Shown: positions 28,935-37,387, numbered from the stretch's first letter. The stretch: 43,975 nt of DNA from a virus (IMGVR_UViG_3300013121_000002:1-43975), one strand, 5' to 3'. Notes: generated by a model from the letters alone, not told the origin. Made by a program: numbers and translations.

Positions 28935-29285
28935 TCAGTCGTCTACGCCCAAATCTCGTTTCAACAACATTCGGATGTAGGCAGCCACGCTCTTGCCGAG
29001 GGTGTGGGCTCGCGCCTCGACCGCGTCGTATAGCGTCTTGTGGCAAGTGACCCGGACGTGGTGTTGCCGCTTGTCGCCGACGACCTTCTGAACGCCGAGC
29101 TTAATGCGGCGATGCCGAACCGACATATAGGGTCGATCCAATTCCCGCGCCGTCGCCCGAATACGAACACCCCGCGCGGCATCGCGCCGGATGATCGCGT
29201 CCTCCTCGGGGGAGAACTTCTTCGCCAGCCGCTTTAGACGAACTCCTTCGGCGGCAGCGGTATCGTTTGATTCGTCGGTCGCCAT
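28935..29285 (-). CDS. Putative DNA-binding protein (HTH-like + ribbon-helix-helix)
   Basis: FSPEEDAII...G..IR..ARELDR...SVR.R..KLG followed by VRVT...LY..V..RA...GKSVAAYIR.LL. Start is uncertain (52-nt overlap with the upstream gene, no clear RBS). Confidence 0.6.
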   Translation of the reverse strand: MATDESNDTAAAEGVRLKRLAKKFSPEEDAIIRRDAARGVRIRATARELDRPYMSVRHRRIKLGVQKVVGDKRQHHVRVTCHKTLYDAVEARAHTLGKSVAAYIRMLLKRDLGVDD

Positions 29286-29611
29286 AGGTGGAGGGTATAG
29301 TTATGAACATTGATGTGATCGGTGACGGCGACGTGCAACTGCATCGCCACCTCATCGGGCCGAAAGAACATACGCTTGATGCGATCCATTTCAGCCCACG
29401 TCGGCGTGCGTGACGGCAGGCTGACCGAGACGTGATCCCAACCCTCCCCCGTAGTGGCAAGCACCTTGAGCATCGCCGCGCCGGGTATAACGATCAACAG
29501 TGGGATGTAGAACACCCCGGCTTTGGAGCGAGGCGGTAGCGGATCACCCCACAACGCCTTGACCTCGGGGCCTTCGTAACGAAACTGGTTGAGACGAGTG
29601 AGGTTGATCAC
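29234..29611 (-). CDS. Conserved phage protein (DUF7694-like)
   Basis: GWDHVSVSL..RTPTWAEMD.IK..FF..DE...QLH motif; start re-called at GTG 29611 (GTGA coupling). Confidence 0.75.
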   Translation of the reverse strand: MINLTRLNQFRYEGPEVKALWGDPLPPRSKAGVFYIPLLIVIPGAAMLKVLATTGEGWDHVSVSLPSRTPTWAEMDRIKRMFFRPDEVAMQLHVAVTDHINVHNYTLHLWRPTNQTIPLPPKEFV

Positions 29612-29865
29612 CAGAACGCCTCGACCTCGGCCTCGGTCAGCAGGCCATCGGGAATCTCGGCTGTCCAATAGACGCGAACGATCTCATCCACCAAACGATA
29701 CTCATCCGGTCGATCACTAATCGGCATCCCCTGCTGCACCCTGTTCTCGGCCAGCCACTTCACCGGATGCTCCTCGATGATGGTGACGTTATCCACCTCA
29801 TCGCCCGGCCGCCCCACCCTGAACTGCGCGCGGAAGCAGTAAGAGATCATCCACCTAGTCGCCAT
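29608..29865 (-). CDS. Hypothetical protein
   Basis: 85-aa ORF filling the operon gap, with overlapping start/stop contexts. Confidence 0.5.
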   Translation of the reverse strand: MATRWMISYCFRAQFRVGRPGDEVDNVTIIEEHPVKWLAENRVQQGMPISDRPDEYRLVDEIVRVYWTAEIPDGLLTEAEVEAFW

Positions 29866-30415
29866 TGATCCACTCCGGGGTTGGTGCGCCGAGCATTTCT
29901 CGCGTCCATCCTGCTAACGAACGCACCCGGTCTTTTAGCAGCGGCAACTGCTGTTTCCAAGCGTCTCGGTAGCGTTCGCCCTCCGACCAGAGTTTGTTAT
30001 CGTCATAGCGCCCGCTAACCGTCATCGGGATGCCGCACAGGATCAGCTTGTCGCAGTGGCGCAGGCCGACGAGGGTGCCCAGCAGTCCGCTCGCGCCACC
30101 CTCGCACTCGATGTAGTGCATCGGCAACTTGAGCCCTCGGCCGAGCTTGTGGTTGCGGAAAATGCCAGTCCAGAGCAGGCCCGGCTCCGGTCGCCCGGCG
30201 TCACGGCGCACCTTCAGCCACGGCTCAAACAATTCGGGATGGAACGACGCCCAGTGGTGGACCGGACCATCGTAGTCGCGCCCGGCACGCTTCACCGCCA
30301 CGATGATCGGCTCGACCGGGGCAATCAGGCGCTTCGCCTCGGCGACTTCCTCCCACACCCCGGCACCGCGGCCGAGGATGAGGCCAAACCGACCATGCAG
30401 TGGTGGATAGTTCAC
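29855..30415 (-). CDS. MAF/DUF115 (MptE-like) Rossmann-fold glycosyltransferase-like protein
   Basis: GLILGRG..VW, IVAVKRA, GGASGLLG..VG....DKLILCGIPM; resembles motility-associated-factor type domains. Confidence 0.6.
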   Translation of the reverse strand: MNYPPLHGRFGLILGRGAGVWEEVAEAKRLIAPVEPIIVAVKRAGRDYDGPVHHWASFHPELFEPWLKVRRDAGRPEPGLLWTGIFRNHKLGRGLKLPMHYIECEGGASGLLGTLVGLRHCDKLILCGIPMTVSGRYDDNKLWSEGERYRDAWKQQLPLLKDRVRSLAGWTREMLGAPTPEWINGD

Positions 30416-31167
30416 GATTCGATACGCCGACGCTCATCCCACCAAGGATCGGCGAACTCGACATCCTGCAAATGAGCGAACCACGGACCACCGCTTGTGT
30501 AATGGATGATGCCCGGCATTCCACCGGGCACCTGATAGGTGTGATTGTAGCCGACGAGATAGTTCCAATAGAGCGGCAATTCGCCGATCTCGTCATCCAG
30601 CAGCCACGAGAAGCGATGCAGGTCGCGTCCCGGTAATGAATTGAGGATGCCGGTCGAGGATATGTCGCGTAGTACGTTGTTCGACGGATGATCGCAATTG
30701 AACAGCATCACCGATGACCAATTCTTCCGCGCGTAACGCGTCTGGACCTGACCATCCATCTTCATGTCGTTGCGCGGCTCGTGTCGATGGTGAACGCAGA
30801 ACAGTGCCTTATCCGGGTGCGCCTCGACCAACTCGAACAACGTAACCAAGTCCGTGGTGACGAGCATGTCGCAATCCATGAACAGGCTCCAGCCGGTCTG
30901 TGCGAGGTAGGGCACGAAGAACCGGCTGATCGCGAACTCGGTACTCATCGGCGCGTCGGAAATGGTGTCGTACAGGTGACCGTCCTTGATGGTTGTCGGA
31001 CGGGTGTATAGCCCCAACTGCCGCAGATCGCTCAGGCGCAGCGTGCGGATCGGCAACCGCTCACCATCGCGAAGGTGGCGCTGGATAGAGTGCCGCGCAA
31101 CCAGCAGAGCTTCTTCTTCGCGCGGATCATAACCAATATAGATCGAACGGTTCACTGAAGTCCCCAT
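30412..31167 (-). CDS. GT-A fold glycosyltransferase (GT8-like)
   Basis: IYIGYDPRE, STEF..SRF.VP, LFMDCDML (DxD), RKNWSSVMLFN, IGELP..WN.LVG, IIHYTSGGPW. Confidence 0.85.
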   Translation of the reverse strand: MGTSVNRSIYIGYDPREEEALLVARHSIQRHLRDGERLPIRTLRLSDLRQLGLYTRPTTIKDGHLYDTISDAPMSTEFAISRFFVPYLAQTGWSLFMDCDMLVTTDLVTLFELVEAHPDKALFCVHHRHEPRNDMKMDGQVQTRYARKNWSSVMLFNCDHPSNNVLRDISSTGILNSLPGRDLHRFSWLLDDEIGELPLYWNYLVGYNHTYQVPGGMPGIIHYTSGGPWFAHLQDVEFADPWWDERRRIES

Positions 31168-31170
31168 TTG

Positions 31171-31677
31171 TTAGACTGTGTCGGTGAGCGGTATCTTTGG
31201 GCGGGTGTAGGCCATGGTGCCGTGATGAGCGCAGTATTTTCCGCGCTTGATCTCGCGCCCACAGATAACGAAATTGCCCTTGGCCTCGCGCGGATCATCC
31301 CACATCGGCCACGGACACTGCTTGCGCCAGTCGTCGCCGGTACGCGGGAACGGCAGCCTCAGTGGTGTGAACTCGACAACGACCGTGGCGACCGGAACGA
31401 CAGCGACCGGGACGACCGTGACGACAGCCGCGGGCACTGGGTCGAGGTGTACTTTGGTGTAGGTCGGCGCAACGAATGAGGTCGCCTTGTTGAGGTTGTA
31501 TGTCTTGCGCCGCGGACCCGGCACCTTCTGACCGAGATTGAGCCGTGCCGCCTTGTTGGCAATTGCACCACGCGGCAGGTCAAGCTCAGTGACCAGCATC
31601 GAGATCGACACGTTCGGATCAGCCCACGCCTGACGCAGGCGCTCGATCCGCTCATCGGTCCATGTACTTTTATTCAC
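31171..31677 (-). CDS. gcrA: GcrA-family cell-cycle transcriptional regulator
   Basis: WTDERIERLRQ.W.....S...L..EL...R.AI..K..RL.L and C-terminal CPWP..D......CG......YC..H...AY. Confidence 0.88.
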   Translation of the reverse strand: MNKSTWTDERIERLRQAWADPNVSISMLVTELDLPRGAIANKAARLNLGQKVPGPRRKTYNLNKATSFVAPTYTKVHLDPVPAAVVTVVPVAVVPVATVVVEFTPLRLPFPRTGDDWRKQCPWPMWDDPREAKGNFVICGREIKRGKYCAHHGTMAYTRPKIPLTDTV

Positions 31678-31680
31678 ACA

Positions 31681-32380
31681 CTACTCCATCAACCAGCTAA
31701 GCAATTCTTGTGGCGTACACCGCGGGAAGCAAGTAACTAATGATCTCGGGCTACCGTTGCGAACCTCGATGTTGTGTTCCTTCAACTGAGGCAGCGCCGT
31801 CTCGAACAGCCACGGCAGGTGATCAAGACTACCATTCGGACGCCCCACACCGATACCGTGTTCGTCGCGAGTGCCGTCCACCCCGAGGATGCCGATCTTC
31901 CTCGGCCGAAGCAGGTAAGCCAGCCCGAGCGCGCCCCACGCGCTGTTGCCAGTGTGCAGCGCGCCCGGATCATCAGACAGGGCAATCATGTTGCGGCTGG
32001 GCTCCTTGCCAGCGACACGATGCAGGTAGGTCACATGCTCTGGCGCGTGAACGCGGTGGAAGGACAGCCGAGCCCGCGCCGTGCCATAATCCAGTGGCAC
32101 CGCCGCGTAGTAGTGTGTCCTTGCCCGTGGCGTGTTCATCAGCGCCTGCGCTCGCGGGTTGGGATCGACCGTCACCCATGCGCTGGCCGTGAACGCGAGG
32201 ATCGCCTGCTTGACGGCGATAGTGAACACGCCGGGCAGTCGGTCGAGCACGCTAAAATCCTCCAGACGAAGGATCGACGGCCCGGTCGCAACGATCAGGA
32301 TTCGGTCGGATTGACCTGTGACACGGCCGAAGCGGACGCCGTCATAGGCGACGGCACCTCGCTTGGCTTCGACGGCGACA
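31681..32380 (-). CDS. Second MAF/DUF115 (MptE-like) glycosyltransferase-like protein; start unresolved
   Basis: ILIVATGPS, TIAVKQA, W.TVDP, HTGNSAWGALGLAYLL..RKIGILGVDG motifs; no ATG/GTG/TTG in frame close to the conserved N-terminus. Confidence 0.65.
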
Positions 32381-32921
32381 TGACCATCAGATACTGCGCC
32401 GGGTCCGCTGGCAGCGTCAGGAACCAGTTCCCGTCGAACCCCAGTTGCAGCGTCCGGCGTCCCTTCTGGTCGCGCTCGGGCAACCTTCTTAGGAATTGTT
32501 TGACCGCGCGTTTGACGCCGGGGAAATCGGGGTGGTTGAAATCGTGACCGCACAGCAGCCCTCCGGGACGCACCTTCGGTGCCCAAGCCAGAATGTCGGC
32601 AGCCACAGCCTCAAACGAATGATCCGCGTCGATGTAGACGAAATCGAACGTCGCATCCGCTATCAGCTTGGCTGCCGCCAGCGAATCCATGTGCATAATC
32701 GTGTAACGATTGGCATAGGGTAGAAGGTTGCTGATCGTGTGATCCTTACCGTGCGGACGCTCGGCCCAATTATCGACCAGCGTCAACTGCAACAGCCGGT
32801 GACGGTCGAACAGGGCACGCGAGAACGCGCCGACGAGAACTCCGACTTCCGCGCCCAGCACCGTTCTATCGGCGGGCAATTTGTTTAGTAACGACCAAGC
32901 ACGTTTGCCGCGTTCAGCCAT
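32295..32921 (-). CDS. Class I SAM-dependent methyltransferase (Methyltransf_24-like)
   Basis: GAEVGV..G, LTLVDNW, FDFVYIDADHSFEAV.ADI.AW.PKV.PGGLLCGHDF. Confidence 0.9.
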   Translation of the reverse strand: MAERGKRAWSLLNKLPADRTVLGAEVGVLVGAFSRALFDRHRLLQLTLVDNWAERPHGKDHTISNLLPYANRYTIMHMDSLAAAKLIADATFDFVYIDADHSFEAVAADILAWAPKVRPGGLLCGHDFNHPDFPGVKRAVKQFLRRLPERDQKGRRTLQLGFDGNWFLTLPADPAQYLMVMSPSKPSEVPSPMTASASAVSQVNPTES

Positions 32922-33588
32922 TGTATTCCATCGCTATGTTGCGTTGATCCAAAGCGTGCATGACACGATAGTTGGGAACGGCGGCGAGCACGGCGTCGCG
33001 CTCCTCCGCACCCAACACCTCGACGAGGAGAAGCGGCTTGCACCGCTCCAGCGTCTCGCGTGCGCCGACAAGCGCCTTGGGCTCGTTACGCTCAACGTCG
33101 AGCTTGATGAATGATACGTCCTTACCCCGCAGCACGTCGTCGAGGCGCACCGTGCGGACATTGGCGAGCAGTTTCTTGCCCTCGCGCGGGATCAGGCTGG
33201 CCGCCGAGGTAAGTGGTGCAATGATGTTGGCGTACAGCGGGATCAGTTCTCCATCCTGATCCGACACCGCGGACGCGTGAACCGTCACGGCATGTTCGAC
33301 GGCATTCATGCGCAGGTTCGCACGCAGGCGCACATTGACAGCCGGGTTAGGCTCGAACGCGATCACCTGCCGACCCATCATCGCCGCGGCCAGCGAATAA
33401 ATGCCGGTGTAAGCGCCGACATCGACGAACATCCCGGAGCGGAGCTTGCACTGCTGCGTCCAGAAGGTCAGCGACTCAGGCTCGAACGGACGCGTCGCCG
33501 CCACCCGGTCACCGCCTGCGATCAGCTTAACCTGCGTCAGCCCGGCAGGAACTACCGTTGCGGCCGGAAACAGACTGTGCGTCCTCAA
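32914..33588 (-). CDS. FkbM-family methyltransferase
   Basis: FVDVGAYTGIYS, VIAFEPNP, AVSD..G, TVRLDD, FIKLDVE..E..AL.GA..TL....P.L.VE; start re-called at TTG 33588 (TTGA coupling). Confidence 0.9.
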   Translation of the reverse strand: MRTHSLFPAATVVPAGLTQVKLIAGGDRVAATRPFEPESLTFWTQQCKLRSGMFVDVGAYTGIYSLAAAMMGRQVIAFEPNPAVNVRLRANLRMNAVEHAVTVHASAVSDQDGELIPLYANIIAPLTSAASLIPREGKKLLANVRTVRLDDVLRGKDVSFIKLDVERNEPKALVGARETLERCKPLLLVEVLGAEERDAVLAAVPNYRVMHALDQRNIAMEYNG

Positions 33589-34421
33589 TTCAACCCCCTG
33601 CCTAGATGCTGCCATGCCAGCCCGGCCCTGATCTCGCCGAGCGACCACTGCGAGTAACCAATTCCGGCCAACCACGTCGTGCGCGCCGGAAAGCTCAGCT
33701 TGTCGTCGAGGCTATGTGACGAGACGGCCCACGCTCGCGAACCACGATCACAGGCGATGACCGGGATGCCATTGACGACACCATCAACCCCGGTGTTCGA
33801 GTTCCACGTCACCAACGCACGCGCCTGCTGGAGCGCGTGCCTGAGCGGGCCGACGCTGATCGGCACCGGGGGAATGTTGGGGTAGTGCTTCTGCCAGTCC
33901 GGCAGGAGACGAGGATGCGGCCGAAACATCACCGGCACACCGCGCTTGTAGAAATGATTGACCGCGGCAACACACCACGCCGGGTGATCGGTGTCCTGCA
34001 CCGTCACATCCCAAGGCACCTGCCCACACACGACGAAAGGCTGGCCCGGACGGTTGCGTTCCCACTGCTGGGCACGAACGCCAATCAAGCGCCAGCGATC
34101 CAGTGGCGTCGCCGCATCAACGCGGAACTCGGCGTTGCCGTTGATCCCGCCCCAGCCCATGCTCCAGTACGCGCCCCGGCGAACGAATGCCTGCTCAACG
34201 ACGAGCAGGCTGGTCCCTGAGTGACGCTCCAGAACCGCCTGCTTGGTCGGCGACGGGTACGATTTCTTCCACATCCCGAAGATCACGGCGATGTCGCAAT
34301 CAACATAACCATCCTCCAGCGGATAGAGAATCGAGTTGGGGATGCCGGTGGCGACCGCCTGCATGATCTCGATGTGAACCGGAACCATCGTCTTAAGCGG
34401 AACGAAAACGCCTACCCGCAT
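33585..34421 (-). CDS. Capsule-biosynthesis-type (KpsS/KpsC-like) GT-B glycosyltransferase
   Basis: VVCGQVPWD..V, FRPHP, LVTWNSNTGVDGVVNGIPV, LA.IGY.QWS..EI..G.AW; start ATG 34421. Confidence 0.75.
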   Translation of the reverse strand: MRVGVFVPLKTMVPVHIEIMQAVATGIPNSILYPLEDGYVDCDIAVIFGMWKKSYPSPTKQAVLERHSGTSLLVVEQAFVRRGAYWSMGWGGINGNAEFRVDAATPLDRWRLIGVRAQQWERNRPGQPFVVCGQVPWDVTVQDTDHPAWCVAAVNHFYKRGVPVMFRPHPRLLPDWQKHYPNIPPVPISVGPLRHALQQARALVTWNSNTGVDGVVNGIPVIACDRGSRAWAVSSHSLDDKLSFPARTTWLAGIGYSQWSLGEIRAGLAWQHLGRGLN

Positions 34422-34422
34422 C

Positions 34423-34563
34423 CTACGGTTCTTCCATTTCGTTAGCGATCCGCCGAAGCTCAGCCGCAACCTCCTTGAGGGTCAGGCGAGGCATCGCCCG
34501 CTCAGCGGCGGCCGACACCGCGTCGTTCAATTCGTTCAGCGCCTCGGCGTGGTCAGCGTTCAT
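34423..34563 (-). CDS. Small helical protein (46 aa), paralog of 34616..34765
   Basis: Starts at the ATG of an ATGA overlap inside the repeat; L.D.VSAA..RA...L..K....ELR pattern shared with its neighbour. Confidence 0.55.
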   Translation of the reverse strand: MNADHAEALNELNDAVSAAAERAMPRLTLKEVAAELRRIANEMEEP

Positions 34564-34619
34564 GGATTGAACTCCGGGTAGGTTTCGACCGTACCGTCCC
34601 AATACTCGATGCGGCTCAC
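34560..34619 (-). CDS. 19-codon mini-ORF (GTG start) repeating the C-terminus of 34762..35076
   Basis: GTG AGC CGC ATC GAG TAT TGG ... AAT CCA TGA; GTGA overlap with the upstream stop and ATGA overlap with the downstream start. Confidence 0.4.
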   Translation of the reverse strand: MSRIEYWDGTVETYPEFNP

Positions 34620-34765
34620 AGAGCCTCGATTTCTTCAAGCAGCTTGCGAAGCTCCACAAGGATGTCCTTCATTGGAAGAACATTGTGGGCTCGTTTGATG
34701 GCGGCTGACACATCATCCGCCAAAGCCCGCTTAGCAGCGAAGGCTGGGAAATTGTTAGGGTTCAT
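34616..34765 (-). CDS. Small helical protein (49 aa)
   Basis: MNPNNFPAFAAKRALADDVSAAIKRA...; ATGA-coupled to the upstream gene. Confidence 0.55.
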   Translation of the reverse strand: MNPNNFPAFAAKRALADDVSAAIKRAHNVLPMKDILVELRKLLEEIEAL

Positions 34766-35076
34766 GGATTGAACTCCGGGTAAGTTTCGACCGTACCGTC
34801 CCAATACTCAATACGGCGGATCGGCTTCATCCGGTCGTCAACCCAGCGAGCCCGGCCAATGGCGTCAATAAGAGCGAACCCCACCTGCACCGTCAGCCGC
34901 GGGATGTCCGACGAAACCACCGCGAATGCGACCGCCGTCACGTTGGGAATGACCTCGCCGGTCAGGGCGTTGTAGACGGTCGTGCCGTTGGCAGTACCGT
35001 CGCTCCTGACCCCGAGCGTGTCAGGCATTACATTCGCTTTCGGCGGCTCAGTCGCCAATCGTTTGCGTTCGATCAC
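34762..35076 (-). CDS. Hypothetical protein
   Basis: 104-aa ORF, GTGA-coupled to the upstream methyltransferase; possible later start at MPDTLG. Confidence 0.6.
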   Translation of the reverse strand: MIERKRLATEPPKANVMPDTLGVRSDGTANGTTVYNALTGEVIPNVTAVAFAVVSSDIPRLTVQVGFALIDAIGRARWVDDRMKPIRRIEYWDGTVETYPEFNP

Positions 35077-35705
35077 AGGATGCTCGCCACAAACACGATG
35101 GTGCGGCAGCCAACCGGATCAGAAAGGATCGCCGCGTCCTGCTTGTGCTTGCCCTTCTGACCGCCGAGGAAGTCCAAACCCCACCCGGCGCTGCGAAGCT
35201 CATTGGTTAGCGTAAGCGGCGTGTAATGGCGATGGTGCCACGGGTTGACGACCGGATTGAACGGTACCACGTCCTGATTGGGCACCGAACCGACGAACAA
35301 CGCCCGCGGCCCCGCCCGCTCGCGCATCTGGCGCAACAGCACCTGCGGATCGCGAAGATGCTCGATCACCTCGAACGCGGTGTAGCCCGAGTAGACGCCG
35401 GGACTGAGCGCACCGAGTTCGAGATCGGTGTTGATGCGCGTGATGTTGGGGAGCTTGTAGTTCTCCTCGCCGTAAGCCAGCGCGCCAGCGTCGTTGTCGT
35501 AGCTGTCGATCTTGCAGCCGAGGCTGATGCCCAACAGCCATGTCCCGTAGCCCGCGCCGCAGCCGAGGTCGGCGATGCGCTTCAACTGGCTGGGAACCAG
35601 ATCAATCGCCACGCTGTGCCGGACGGCAGCGAACAGGTAGCGCGCGAGGTGATCGTCTCGGATGCCTCCGAGCGAGGTTGACATCTGCCTGCCGTTCTTA
35701 ATCAT
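35073..35705 (-). CDS. Class I SAM-dependent methyltransferase
   Basis: DHLARYLFA, IADLGCGAGYG, AFEVIEHL.DP, FVGSVPN, NPWHHRHYT; GGGGAG RBS. Confidence 0.9.
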   Translation of the reverse strand: MIKNGRQMSTSLGGIRDDHLARYLFAAVRHSVAIDLVPSQLKRIADLGCGAGYGTWLLGISLGCKIDSYDNDAGALAYGEENYKLPNITRINTDLELGALSPGVYSGYTAFEVIEHLRDPQVLLRQMRERAGPRALFVGSVPNQDVVPFNPVVNPWHHRHYTPLTLTNELRSAGWGLDFLGGQKGKHKQDAAILSDPVGCRTIVFVASIL

Positions 35706-35769
35706 TTCAAACTCCCCTTATGTTGAGATACGGGCCGGGCAGTCCTACACCGCCCGACCCGTCTCCCCA

Positions 35770-36270
35770 TCACCTAGCACCCGCTGCTACCCGGTTGCCA
35801 GATTCCCTAAGCAGGCTATGTCCGTGGGCTGCCGCCTCGACAGCAAGCTGATCTGCAATTTCGTTATAGTGGTTGCCGTCGTGTCCGCGCACCCACAGGA
35901 ACTGCGCGCCGCCCTTGAGCCGGTCGATCCGTTCCCAGAGATCGCGATTGATGACCGGCTTCTTCTGCGCGTTAATCCAGCGACGGCGCTTCCACCCCTC
36001 CAGATACTCGCTCGCGCCCTTGACGACGTACTGGCTGTCCGAGACGACGAGAAGGCGGCACCCCGGCGCGTGTTCCCAGCACCATGACAGCGCCTCGATC
36101 ACCGCCGTCAGTTCCATCCGGTTGTTGGTGCTGTTGCACTCGTGCCCGAGCAAGCGAACGATCTCGGTTTCATTCTCGTCTATACCGATGCAACCCCAGC
36201 CACCAGTGCCTCCGGGGTTGCCGCCCGTGATCGCGCCGTCCGTGAAGAACTTGATCCGGTTCATCGCCAC
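35770..36270 (-). CDS. rnhA: Ribonuclease HI
   Basis: FTDGA...NPG..GGWG, STNNRMELTAVIEAL, SDSQYV..G, W...K.V.NRDLW, WVRGH.G..YNEIADQLA; all four catalytic acidic residues are present. Confidence 0.95.
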   Translation of the reverse strand: MAMNRIKFFTDGAITGGNPGGTGGWGCIGIDENETEIVRLLGHECNSTNNRMELTAVIEALSWCWEHAPGCRLLVVSDSQYVVKGASEYLEGWKRRRWINAQKKPVINRDLWERIDRLKGGAQFLWVRGHDGNHYNEIADQLAVEAAAHGHSLLRESGNRVAAGAR

Positions 36271-36929
36271 GCTTTCGTTATCCAGTCGATAGCCGCATTG
36301 TGCGGCTTGAGCGGCCCGGCGAACACGATGATAGCTGCACCGGGCGGCGGCGCAGTCCTGTTCTTAACGAGCGTGCGACGGTCGATGAAAAAGCCGGGCG
36401 GCGTCAAGTCCTGCAACAGCGGCAGGTCCGGGCAGAGCAATTCGACCGCCTTCTGATCGCCGTAGTGCCCCGCCTGCGTCATGTAGTAGGACCGGCGCTC
36501 CTCGAACCGCTCCCATACCCGGCGCAGCTTCGGGCCGATCACCTGCGTGCAGGAGCCGTACCGGCACGGGTAGGCACCGTTGCTGGCGATGCGCGCGAAG
36601 TTCGAGGTGATCGCGAAGTCGGCTTCGACCTGCGCCAGCGGCGTGAGATCGCCGATGATGACGGTGTCGAGATCGAGGTAGATGACCCGGCGTCCGGCAC
36701 GCCACGTCGGCTCATACAGCATCATTTTAGCCCACCATCCGGGCAAACCCGCAGGAGCTTCGACGCGCTCGACGCCGAGCGGTAACATGCGCGTGGGATG
36801 ATCGGTGATGCAGGCGCGGTCAAACGGGAGCGGCAGGTGGCGCTCGACCATGTTGAACAGGCGCTGAACGTACTCAGGACCGTATTTCGTTCCGGTCCAG
36901 ACTACCGCGACGACGAGCGGCGCGGTCAT
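36261..36929 (-). CDS. GT-A fold glycosyltransferase (GT8-related phage family)
   Basis: W.GTKYGPEYV.RL..MV.RHL, CITD, GWWAK..L, YLDLDTVI (DxD), I.VF.G..KPH. Confidence 0.85.
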   Translation of the reverse strand: MTAPLVVAVVWTGTKYGPEYVQRLFNMVERHLPLPFDRACITDHPTRMLPLGVERVEAPAGLPGWWAKMMLYEPTWRAGRRVIYLDLDTVIIGDLTPLAQVEADFAITSNFARIASNGAYPCRYGSCTQVIGPKLRRVWERFEERRSYYMTQAGHYGDQKAVELLCPDLPLLQDLTPPGFFIDRRTLVKNRTAPPPGAAIIVFAGPLKPHNAAIDWITKAWR

Positions 36930-37327
36930 GTCGTCTCCTCAATAACTTTAGGGCCGCGCCAGTAGAAATCACCATGACCGCGGGGCATGTAGCGAACAAT
37001 TGGCGGTCGGCGGTTGAGGAGGATGTCGATCAGCGAGCCAATCGGGCCACCCGGCTCGCCGCGTGAGTCGCGAATGAATGAGTTGGTGAACTCGTCAAGC
37101 TGTGCGCCATGTTGCAGTCCGACCGAAATAATCATCGCCGAGTCCTTGACCGACACATCGAGGGTAGTGCCCATCTTGTCGGTCGCCAGCCAGACCTCGC
37201 CGACACGGCCATCTGAGTAGAAGCCTATCGTAGCGAGAAAAATCTGTTCACGGTCATCAGGCCAGCGATGATTGAACTTGAACGTCTCCGACAAGCGGCG
37301 ACTTGGCATTGATTCGCGTTCGCTCAT
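36926..37327 (-). CDS. Stand-alone TSCPD-like domain (class II RNR C-terminal family)
   Basis: RR..ETFKF, ATIGFY.DGRVGEVW, K.G..L....KD.A..IS.GLQHG motifs; GGGGAG RBS. Confidence 0.65.
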   Translation of the reverse strand: MSERESMPSRRLSETFKFNHRWPDDREQIFLATIGFYSDGRVGEVWLATDKMGTTLDVSVKDSAMIISVGLQHGAQLDEFTNSFIRDSRGEPGGPIGSLIDILLNRRPPIVRYMPRGHGDFYWRGPKVIEETT

Positions 37328-37342
37328 CTTCTCCCCCTAAAC

Positions 37343-37380
37343 GACAACCCCTCGCAACTCAAGAATTGCAAGGGGCTGTC
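37343..37380 (-). other. 17-bp RNA hairpin at the start of the accessory block
   Basis: Minus strand GACAGCCCCTTGCAATT-CTTG-AGTTGCGAGGGGTTGTC; the mismatches are G-U pairs only on the minus strand. Confidence 0.7.
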
Positions 37381-37387
37381 TTGACGA

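Larger units (their letters stand above)
34558..34817. repeat. 58-bp direct repeat pair (34558-34615 and 34760-34817)
   Basis: 55/58 identical by eye; offset 202 bp. Confidence 0.9.

Noticed and set aside
34558-34817. 58-bp repeat pair as DGR template/variable repeat or as att sites
   Set aside because: The three differences are synonymous transitions, and no reverse transcriptase or integrase is present in the window.
32295-35705. DNA methyltransferases or a restriction-modification system
   Set aside because: No DPPY/NPPY or PC catalytic motifs; the enzymes match small-molecule/glycan methyltransferase families.
35731-35761. 13-bp hairpin between RNase H and the methyltransferase as a terminator
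   Set aside because: No U-tract on either strand; at most a processing or stability element.
29855-36929. GtrABC-type O-antigen conversion locus
   Set aside because: No flippase, bactoprenol glucosyltransferase or multi-TM transferase among the ORFs.
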